The notes under the pieces were generated by a model. It did no database searches. It had not been told where the DNA came from and saw only the letters and a list, made by a program, of their open reading frames with translations. A stretch of 30,231 nucleotides of DNA. Source: Candidatus Nealsonbacteria bacterium CG08_land_8_20_14_0_20_36_22 (GTDB lineage: Bacteria > Patescibacteriota > Minisyncoccia > Minisyncoccales > GWA2-38-27). The stretch is taken from positions 1-30,231 of the forward strand of contig PEYC01000017.1 in assembly GCA_002774555.1 (NCBI GenBank). Direction: 5' to 3'. Below, piece after piece: positions 1-7,180 of this stretch. A program made the position numbers and the translations under genes. Positions within the stretch are counted from its first letter, which is position 1; the number at the start of each line of letters is the position of its first letter.

Positions 1-171
1 AAGCCAAAAACCGAAGGGCAGTGGCTTTGGTATTTAGAAAGAAAAATTAACTACGACGATTGGAAAGGCCTTAAAAAAAGAATAATAAAAAAATATTTCC
101 CTAAATTAAAAAAACGGCTTGACCCAGGCAAAAGGGAAATGCTTAAAATTTATTTTAAAAAACATGTTTGA
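1..171 (+). CDS. Partial small basic protein (5' end outside window), probable partner/antitoxin of the downstream AbiEii-like nucleotidyltransferase
   Basis: Frame +1 is open from base 1 to TGA 169-171 (KPKTEGQWLWYLERKINYDDWKG...KHV*). Its end overlaps ATG 164 of the next gene. Partner role inferred from position. Confidence 0.6.
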   Translation, partial: KPKTEGQWLWYLERKINYDDWKGLKKRIIKKYFPKLKKRLDPGKREMLKIYFKKHV

Positions 172-835
172 ATTAACTCCCCTTCAAAAAAAAGTTCTTT
201 ATTTGTTTGCTAAATCTTCTTTAAAAAACAAATTTTATTGGACAGGAGGCACCCTCCTCTCATCCCGCTATTTACATCATCGCCGTTCAAACGACCTTGA
301 TTTTTTTACTGATAAACCTTTTAGCTATAATCAAGTTATTGGGTTTATTCAAAAACTTAAAAAAGAATTAAAATTGCCTCAAGTAGATGAAAAGAAAATT
401 TACGACCGGCAAGAATTTATCTTACATAATAGAGGAAAATTGAGATTAGAATTTGTTCAATACGACCATCCAAAACTAAAAACTAGAGAAAAATGGAAGG
501 GAATAATGATTGATTCTTTAGACGATATGGCCTCTAATAAACTCATGTCTTTTTTTGACCGCAACGATCCAAAAGATTTGTTTGATTTATATTTTCTTTT
601 AACTAAAAAGAAATATACAATTAAAAAATTATTGAAATTAGTTGAAAAGAAATTCGGAGTTAGTTTTGAAGAAAGCAGTGTGCTCAGCGAGACCCATAAA
701 TCAACAAAAGAGTTAGACAATTTAAAACCTCTAATTTTAGCAAAAAACCAAAAAGAAAGAAAAAGAATAATAAAAGAAATCCAAGAATATTTTTCTGATT
801 TATCTAATCAGTATTTAAAGCAAGTTTTAGACTAA
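164..835 (+). CDS. Nucleotidyltransferase, AbiEii/type IV toxin-antitoxin toxin family
   Basis: Motif GGTLLSSRYLHHRRSNDLDFF (GGT...HRxSxDxDF) and later NKLMSFFDRNDPKDLFDL. ATG 164 preferred over the TTG at 119 because it couples to the upstream stop. Confidence 0.8.
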   Translation: MFELTPLQKKVLYLFAKSSLKNKFYWTGGTLLSSRYLHHRRSNDLDFFTDKPFSYNQVIGFIQKLKKELKLPQVDEKKIYDRQEFILHNRGKLRLEFVQYDHPKLKTREKWKGIMIDSLDDMASNKLMSFFDRNDPKDLFDLYFLLTKKKYTIKKLLKLVEKKFGVSFEESSVLSETHKSTKELDNLKPLILAKNQKERKRIIKEIQEYFSDLSNQYLKQVLD

Positions 836-840
836 GAAAT

Positions 841-924
841 GCCGGGGTGGTGAAACTGGAAAACACGATGGATTCAAAATCCATTGCTCGCAAGAGCTTG
901 AGGGTTCAACTCCCTCCCTCGGCA
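841..924 (+). tRNA. tRNA-Leu (anticodon CAA), CCA not encoded
   Basis: Acceptor GCCGGGG/CCTCGGC; anticodon stem ATGGA/TCCAT with loop TTCAAAA (CAA at 875-877); variable arm GCTC-GCAA-GAGC; T arm GAGGG-TTCAACT-CCCTC; discriminator A924. Confidence 0.95.
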
Positions 925-925
925 C

Positions 926-954
926 TTGACAAAAACAAATATAAATACTATGCT
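926..954 (+). promoter_or_regulatory. sigma70-type promoter
   Basis: TTGACA (926-931), 17-nt spacer, TATGCT (949-954), upstream of an RBS-bearing small ORF. Confidence 0.6.
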
Positions 955-1005
955 CAAAATATTGTAAATTGAACTTTGTTAACCTAATAATGAAAGGGGA
1001 TAAAA

Positions 1006-1140
1006 ATGGAGTTCTTAATTATTGTAACAGCGTTAATGGTTGTCGTTTTAATGGCTATTTTGGTAATAAATTCGTTGTTTTCCGGAACGAACAAGCCAAC
1101 CAAGCCAACCGACAAGAATGCCGATGAAAGCGCCAACTAG
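1006..1140 (+). CDS. Small 44-aa single-pass membrane protein (below the ORF-track cutoff)
   Basis: AAGGGGA RBS 5 nt before ATG 1006; MEFLIIVTALMVVVLMAILVINSLFSGTNKPTKPTDKNADESAN*; upstream consensus promoter. Confidence 0.55.
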   Translation: MEFLIIVTALMVVVLMAILVINSLFSGTNKPTKPTDKNADESAN

Positions 1141-1578
1141 GATATCGCTGGGCCAGTGGATGCCGACGAAAACTCTGGCTAAAGAAATTAAAAAGCTAGC
1201 GATGAAGAACAAAACGCCAGCTTTTTTATTATAAAGAAAAACAATTGTTGAGATGGCAAAATAAAAAGCAGCATGACCTGAAGGGAAAGATGCTTTGTTA
1301 GGATAATCCAAAAGCAGGTTAATATTATTTTCAATAAACGGCCTGGGTCTTTGCCAGAGACAACGAATAAAATTAACAATTACCAATCTCGCCAGAACGG
1401 CTGAAAGAAGGGCTTGAACGATTATTCTCCAACGTTTTTTAAAATTTAAAAACAAAAATAAAATTAAACAAAAAACTAAAACATATTCAAAATATTTAGC
1501 GAAAAAAACACCCAAACTATCTAACCAAAACCATTTCCCAGCAAATTGATTTATTAATTGAAAAAGATATAAATCCAT
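1048..1578 (-). CDS. PAP2-family phosphatase (undecaprenyl-diphosphatase BcrC-like)
   Basis: Motifs RPRPF, SFPSGHA, ARVFVGIHWPSD; hydrophobic helices. Confidence 0.9.
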   Translation of the reverse strand: MDLYLFQLINQFAGKWFWLDSLGVFFAKYFEYVLVFCLILFLFLNFKKRWRIIVQALLSAVLARLVIVNFIRCLWQRPRPFIENNINLLLDYPNKASFPSGHAAFYFAISTIVFLYNKKAGVLFFIASFLISLARVFVGIHWPSDILVGAFIGILVGWLGWLVRSGKQRIYYQNSH

Positions 1579-1579
1579 T

Positions 1580-2404
1580 TTATTTGGTATTAAGTTCTAC
1601 CAAATTTTGAAGTAAACAGGCAACGATCATTGGGCCAACGCCGCCAATAGTTGGAGTTATATAATCGGCTTTCTGAGAAACGGTTTTTAATTCAACGTCC
1701 CCTACCGCCTTTCCTCTCTTAAAAAAGATACCAACATCAATTATCGCCACTCCCCTTTTTACCGTCTTACCAGTAATAAGATTTGGTTTCCCTACTCCGG
1801 AAATTATAATATCAGCCCTCTTGGTAAAATAAGAAATATCTTTGGTAAATTCATCAACAATTGAAACGGTTGTTTTTTCATTTAAAAGCCAGACAGCTAA
1901 CGGACGACCAACTAACCTTCCAGCTCCAACCAAAACTACATTTTTACCCTTAACTGATATTTTATATTCTTTTAAAAGACGACGAATTCCCTTAGTGGTT
2001 GGCGGAGAAATCGCCAGATTTCCCGTATAGAACTTACCGATATTTTTTTCAGATAAAACATCTATATCTTTTTCTGGGGAAACGAGATTTAAAATTTCTT
2101 GGGCGTTAAAACCCTTGGGTAAAGGCAATTGGATTATAACCCCTGAGTTAATCGGGTCTTTAACAATTTTCTCAATTTCTTTTTTTAATTCTAATCTGCT
2201 AATTTTTGAGGGGAATTTAAATAACTGAAAATCAATTCCTATTTTCTCGCAAGCATTTTGTTTTTGGCGGATAAAAACTTCTGAAGCTGGATTTTCTCCA
2301 ACCAAAACCACGGCTAATTTTAATTTTAGCTGCTTTTCCTCAATTTCTCTTTTGAGGTTTTTCAAAATTTTATCAGCTAGTTTTCTGCCGTTAAGAAACT
2401 TCAT
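1580..2404 (-). CDS. folD: Bifunctional methylenetetrahydrofolate dehydrogenase/cyclohydrolase
   Basis: LAVVLVGENPAS, IIQLPLP, EKDIDVL, TPTIGGVGPMIVACL. ATG 2404 overlaps the glyA stop (ATGA). Confidence 0.93.
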   Translation of the reverse strand: MKFLNGRKLADKILKNLKREIEEKQLKLKLAVVLVGENPASEVFIRQKQNACEKIGIDFQLFKFPSKISRLELKKEIEKIVKDPINSGVIIQLPLPKGFNAQEILNLVSPEKDIDVLSEKNIGKFYTGNLAISPPTTKGIRRLLKEYKISVKGKNVVLVGAGRLVGRPLAVWLLNEKTTVSIVDEFTKDISYFTKRADIIISGVGKPNLITGKTVKRGVAIIDVGIFFKRGKAVGDVELKTVSQKADYITPTIGGVGPMIVACLLQNLVELNTK

Positions 2405-3642
2405 GGAAGCGGGAATTTTTTGCAAAGTTTTTTGACCTCTTTTCTAACCTTTAGATATGATTTAGGATTTGAAAAAACTTCATTAATCCAAAAAGCAATT
2501 TTTTTCATTTCTTTTTCTTTCATGCCTCTGGTTGTAATGGCTGGGGTACCCAAACGGATTCCCGAAGGATTAAAAGGCGGATTAGGATCAAAAGGAATAG
2601 TATTTTTGTTTATAGTAATGCCGGATTTTTCTAAAATAATTTGGGCTTCTTTGCCAGAAATTCCTTTATTTCTTAAATCAATTAAAATTAAATGATTGTC
2701 TGTACCGCCAGTAATTAAATTAAAGCCGTATTTTAAAATCTCTGAAGCTAGGGCCTTGCTGTTTTTTATTATTTGCTTTCCATATTTCTTAAAAGCTGGG
2801 CTTGAAGCTTCTTTTAAACAAACAGCAATGGCAGCAATATTGTTTTCATGGGGACCACCTTGGAGACCGGGAAAAACAGTTTTATCAATTTTTTTAGGGA
2901 GTTCTGGGTCTTTACTTAAACCCTTTTCTGTTACCATAATCATTCCGCCTCTGGGACCTCTTAAGGTCTTATGAGTTGTGGTTGTAATAATATGAACATA
3001 AGGAACTGGGCTTGGATGAACGCCAGCAATAATTAAACCAGCAATATGGGCGATATCTGCTGCCAGATAAGCGCCAATTAAATCTGCGATTTCGCCAAAT
3101 TTTTCCCAATTAAAGAAACGAGGATAAGCAGTTGCTCCAACCCAAATAAGTTTTGGTTTTACCTCTTTAGCTAATTTTTCTATTTCATTATAATTAAGCA
3201 AATTTGTCTCTTTATCAACGCCATACTGAATCGAATTATAATATTTTCCAGAAAAACTTACTTTCCAGCCGTGAGTTAAATGACCTCCGTGAGGAAGGGA
3301 CATTCCCATTACTGTATCTCCGGGCTCCAAAAGAGCAAAATAAACTGCCTGATTTGCCGGAGAACCAGAATAGGGTTGAACATTGACATAAGGCACACCA
3401 AATAATTTTTTTGCTCTTTCCTGACAAAGTGTCTCAATTTTATCGTAAAATTCCAAGCCAGCATAATATCTTTTCCCTGGATATCCCTCAGCATACTTAT
3501 CAGTTAAAACCGAACCCAAGGCTTCCCTCACAGCCGCTGAAGTATGATTTTCCGATGGAATCATCTCCAAAGTCGTCTCCTGCCTTTCTCTTTCTCTCTC
3601 AATAAGTTTTGCAATTTGCGAATCAATTTTTTTAAAATTCAT
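2401..3642 (-). CDS. glyA: Serine hydroxymethyltransferase
   Basis: IPSEN, DKYAEGYPGKRYY, TTTTHKTLRGPRGG (PLP lysine), SGIRLGTPAITTRG. Confidence 0.97.
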   Translation of the reverse strand: MNFKKIDSQIAKLIERERERQETTLEMIPSENHTSAAVREALGSVLTDKYAEGYPGKRYYAGLEFYDKIETLCQERAKKLFGVPYVNVQPYSGSPANQAVYFALLEPGDTVMGMSLPHGGHLTHGWKVSFSGKYYNSIQYGVDKETNLLNYNEIEKLAKEVKPKLIWVGATAYPRFFNWEKFGEIADLIGAYLAADIAHIAGLIIAGVHPSPVPYVHIITTTTHKTLRGPRGGMIMVTEKGLSKDPELPKKIDKTVFPGLQGGPHENNIAAIAVCLKEASSPAFKKYGKQIIKNSKALASEILKYGFNLITGGTDNHLILIDLRNKGISGKEAQIILEKSGITINKNTIPFDPNPPFNPSGIRLGTPAITTRGMKEKEMKKIAFWINEVFSNPKSYLKVRKEVKKLCKKFPLP

Positions 3643-4229
3643 ATTCTTAAAATTTTTTGTTTATTTTTTGTTAAATCAATTACCCTTGATGGTCTGGATT
3701 TTTTGAGATTGCCGACGTCAATAATTAAATCTGGTTGGTCTTTCCCGTCCGAGACGGGTCCGCCTTGGGCGGAAAATTGTTTTAAAACTTCTTTAATTTT
3801 TGTTGATGGCGGTTTTCTTGAAATATTGGCTGAAGTGCCAGTTAAGGGTTTGTTTGTTTTTTGAAGTAATTTTTTAATCAGCTTATAGTTCGGAATTCTC
3901 AAGCCGATTGTCTTTTTTTTGCTAAACAATATTTCTGGCAAACCGCATTTTACTTTTCTTTTTAAAATAACTGTTATTTTTCCGGGCCAATTTTCTCTCA
4001 AAAATTTTTCCTGCTTCTCATTTATAAAAGCCAGATTTTTTGCTGTTTTTATGTCTTTGACAAAAATCGGAATCGCTTTCTTTTTGTCTCTTTTTTTAAT
4101 TTTGAAAATTTTCTCTACGGCTTTTTTATTTGTGGCGTCGGTTATCAAACCGTAGACGGTGTCTGTCGGGCAAACCACTACGCCGCCTTTTTTAATTATT
4201 TTTATTACTTCTTTAATGTCCGTTCTCAT
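3639..4229 (-). CDS. tsaC: Threonylcarbamoyl-AMP synthase (TsaC/YrdC/Sua5 family)
   Basis: PTDTVYGL, IFKIKKR, PGKITVIL, TGTSANIS, PSRVIDL. Confidence 0.92.
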   Translation of the reverse strand: MRTDIKEVIKIIKKGGVVVCPTDTVYGLITDATNKKAVEKIFKIKKRDKKKAIPIFVKDIKTAKNLAFINEKQEKFLRENWPGKITVILKRKVKCGLPEILFSKKKTIGLRIPNYKLIKKLLQKTNKPLTGTSANISRKPPSTKIKEVLKQFSAQGGPVSDGKDQPDLIIDVGNLKKSRPSRVIDLTKNKQKILRI

Positions 4230-4957
4230 TATTTAAAATTCTTGGAAGTTTTTAAAAAACGGGAAAATTTTATAATATCTGCTGGGTTGCCAAAATCTAT
4301 CCAGTAATCTTTAATTTTTTTAACTTTTACTTTCTTCTCTTTTGCCAAAAGAGTAATTACATCAGTTATTTCATACTCGCCCCTTGAAGATTTCTTGATT
4401 TTTGAAAGTTTTTGAAAAACTTCGGGGGTAAATTTATAAAGGCCGGTGTTTATCAAATTTCCAACATATTTTTTTGGTTTTTCAATAATTTTTTTCAAAA
4501 ATCCATTATTAGTAATAAGCACACCGTATTTTTCCGGATTTTTATGGCAAAAACCGGCTACATAATTATATTTCCCGCTAATATTCATAACTTTGAGGTC
4601 TTTCACTGAATAAAGGTTATCACCACAAACAAACACAAAATGCTCTTTATCCACAATATTTTTAACACATTTTAAAGGACAAGCAGTGCCATATATTTTT
4701 TCCTTTCCTCCTAAAATCTCAAACTGATTAATAACCGTTGCTTTGTAGTTATATTTTTTTAAAAAATCTCTCATCTTTTGCTCCTCATATCCTACAACTA
4801 AAATTAACTCTTTATATCCTGCCTTTAAAAGATTATCTAAAAGATATGTTAAAAAAGGTTTTTGATTAACCTTAATAAGATGCTTTGATTTATTTTTAGT
4901 CAGATGCAGCATCCGGGTTCCCTGGCCAGCCGCCGCAACAACCACTTTTCTAATCAT
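4229..4957 (-). CDS. Sugar-phosphate nucleotidyltransferase (NTP_transferase family)
   Basis: AAAGQGTRM...KHLIKVNQKP, GDNLY, IIEKP, SSRGEYEITD; sugar specificity not determinable. Confidence 0.85.
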   Translation of the reverse strand: MIRKVVVAAAGQGTRMLHLTKNKSKHLIKVNQKPFLTYLLDNLLKAGYKELILVVGYEEQKMRDFLKKYNYKATVINQFEILGGKEKIYGTACPLKCVKNIVDKEHFVFVCGDNLYSVKDLKVMNISGKYNYVAGFCHKNPEKYGVLITNNGFLKKIIEKPKKYVGNLINTGLYKFTPEVFQKLSKIKKSSRGEYEITDVITLLAKEKKVKVKKIKDYWIDFGNPADIIKFSRFLKTSKNFK

Positions 4958-5523
4958 TTTTTTGCCAGTTCAAAGGCTTTTTTATTTAAATCAAGATATT
5001 TTTCCGGAACAACTTTTGAGACAGCTTTCAAAATTGATTTTGGTTTTAAGGGAATCAAATTTTTATGGACGGCATAACTTAAAAGGTAAATTCCGCTTAC
5101 CACTTCTTTACCCAATTCTTTTTGGCAAATTTCCGAAGCAGGAATTATGTATTTTGACCCCTTTCCAAAATTCTTTATTTTTTGTATGAGCTTTTTTTCC
5201 TCAAACCCGCCGGGATAGGAAATTAAATTTTTATTGATGACAAAAACGGTTTTAGGACTGGCATAAAAAAGCATCTTTAATGCCTCGGAAATTTCCAGGC
5301 TCAAAATCAAATCAGCGGAACCCAAAGATACTAAAGGCGAATAGACTTTATTGCCAAACCTTATATGGGTCTCCACACTCCCGCCGCGCTGGGACAAACC
5401 ATGAAGTTCTGATGTCTTAACATCAAAACCTTCGAGCAAAGCTGCCTCAGCTATTATTTGAAGCAAAGTGATTAACCCTTGCCCGCCAGTGCCGGATGTT
5501 ATAATATTGAAAGATTTTGCCAT
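4954..5523 (-). CDS. iorB: Indolepyruvate:ferredoxin oxidoreductase beta subunit
   Basis: GTGGQGLIT, SELHGLSQRGGSVETHIRFG; ATG 5523 directly follows the iorA stop. Confidence 0.88.
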   Translation of the reverse strand: MAKSFNIITSGTGGQGLITLLQIIAEAALLEGFDVKTSELHGLSQRGGSVETHIRFGNKVYSPLVSLGSADLILSLEISEALKMLFYASPKTVFVINKNLISYPGGFEEKKLIQKIKNFGKGSKYIIPASEICQKELGKEVVSGIYLLSYAVHKNLIPLKPKSILKAVSKVVPEKYLDLNKKAFELAKK

Positions 5524-5524
5524 A

Positions 5525-7180
5525 TTATTTATTTTGTTTTTTCGCCAATAAAGCACAAATTCTCCGGCTGACAATCACTGAAACCCCCTCTTTTTCTAAA
5601 AACTCTTTAATTGTCTCTTCCATTTCTTTTATGTTTATTGGGTCAACCACTTTTATATTTTTAACACCGCAAGCCCTGGCCACATCTTCAATTTTTATTT
5701 TCTCTCCAGGATTTGGCTGATGACCGGTCATAGCTGTTATAAGATTATCCATCACGATTATTAAAATATTTGATTTATTAAAAACAACGTTGACTAAAGC
5801 TGGAATACCGACGTGAAAAAAAGTTGAATCACCGATAAAAGCTATAATTTTTTGATTTGTACTCTTCCCAATTCCATGAGCAATACCAATTGAACTGCCC
5901 ATACACAAAAGATAATCTTGAAGCTCATGGGGCGGTAAACCTGCCATCATATAACAGCCAATATCACCGCCAAAAATTGTTCCTTTAGGAGCCGCTTTTT
6001 TTATCGCTGTAAGAACCATGGTATGAGGACAACCGGGACAAAAACGGGGAAACCGAACAGGAATTTTGAATTTTCCCGCCTTCGTCCCGCTTGCCAGCAG
6101 GACTTCGGCGGGCAAGCAATTTTTTATTTTTTTATTGATTAGTTTGCCGATTGCCGAAATAATAATTTCTGTTTTTAATTCTCCAATTTGAGGAAGAATA
6201 TCTTTGCCTAAGACCTCCAATTTTGGGTTAATTTCTTTGGCTAAAATTTTTATCTCTTTTTCCAAATAGGGTTCCAGTTCCTCAATCACTAAGACCTTTT
6301 TAAGCTTTTTGATAAAGTTTTTAATTTTTTTCTCCGGTAAAGGATAAAAAAAACCAAGTTTTAAGATTGGCAAATCTAATTCTAACTTTTCCAGCGCTTC
6401 TTTCACATACAAATAAGAAACCCCTGATACAATAATTCCTAATTTCCCCGCCTTCGCCCTTCGGGCTTCGGCGGGCAAGTAATTTTCAATTTTATTGATT
6501 TTATTCTGCTCCGCAAATTCTTTGATTTTTTCTATTTTCTCTAAAAGTTCTTCTTTCATTTCCAGCACTCGCGGTGGCATAGTCACAAATCTCTTTACGT
6601 CTTTAACAAATTTCCCTTTTAATTTTGAATTTTGAATTTTGAATTTTGAATTTACTATGACTGGCATCCTCTGATGTGCCACTCTCGTTGTTGTCCTTAA
6701 AATTACAGGCAACTTAAATTTTTCCGAAATTTCAAAAGCCAATTTTGTAAAATCTTTGGCTTCCTGAGCATCAGCTGGTTCTAACATTGGGATATGAGCC
6801 AAATAAGCATAAGCCCTACTATTTTCTTCTGATTGGGCAGAGCTCCAGCAAGAAGGGTCATCAGCCACCACTATAACCATCGGCCCTTTTATACCGGTAT
6901 AACAAAGGGGTAAAAGAGCGTCTGAAGCAACATTTAAGCCAAAATTTTTCATCGCAACCAAACATCTAAGGCCGGAAAAACTTGCTCCGATCGCTGCTTC
7001 TAAAGCAACTTTTTCGTTAGTTGAAAACTCAAAATATATCCCCTGTTTCTCGGCAATTTTAGCAAAAGTATTGCCAATTTCCGAAGCCGGCGTCCCAGGA
7101 TAAGTAGAAACAAAATCCACCCCTGCTTCCAGGGCTCCCTGAACAATCGCCTCATTGCCAAGTAGAATTTGTTTTTTCAT
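5525..7180 (-). CDS. iorA: Indolepyruvate:ferredoxin oxidoreductase alpha subunit (TPP-dependent)
   Basis: LLGNEAIVQGA, YPGTPASEI, NEKVALE, FCPGCPH, GDIGCY, GDSTFFH...DN TPP motif. Confidence 0.9.
   Translation of the reverse strand: MKKQILLGNEAIVQGALEAGVDFVSTYPGTPASEIGNTFAKIAEKQGIYFEFSTNEKVALEAAIGASFSGLRCLVAMKNFGLNVASDALLPLCYTGIKGPMVIVVADDPSCWSSAQSEENSRAYAYLAHIPMLEPADAQEAKDFTKLAFEISEKFKLPVILRTTTRVAHQRMPVIVNSKFKIQNSKLKGKFVKDVKRFVTMPPRVLEMKEELLEKIEKIKEFAEQNKINKIENYLPAEARRAKAGKLGIIVSGVSYLYVKEALEKLELDLPILKLGFFYPLPEKKIKNFIKKLKKVLVIEELEPYLEKEIKILAKEINPKLEVLGKDILPQIGELKTEIIISAIGKLINKKIKNCLPAEVLLASGTKAGKFKIPVRFPRFCPGCPHTMVLTAIKKAAPKGTIFGGDIGCYMMAGLPPHELQDYLLCMGSSIGIAHGIGKSTNQKIIAFIGDSTFFHVGIPALVNVVFNKSNILIIVMDNLITAMTGHQPNPGEKIKIEDVARACGVKNIKVVDPINIKEMEETIKEFLEKEGVSVIVSRRICALLAKKQNK
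6075..6116. repeat. GC-rich palindromic repeat, family A, in frame in iorA (LPAEVLLASGTKAG)
   Basis: CCCGCC-TTC-GTCC...GGAC-TTC-GGCGGG-CAAG. Confidence 0.8.
6447..6479. repeat. GC-rich palindromic repeat, family A, in frame in iorA (LPAEARRAKAG)
   Basis: CCCGCC-TTC-GCCC-TTC-GGGC-TTC-GGCGGG-CAAG. Confidence 0.8.
6621..6653. repeat. Heptamer microsatellite (AATTTTG)4 inside iorA
   Basis: Direct count; encodes NSKFKIQNSKL. Confidence 0.85.
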
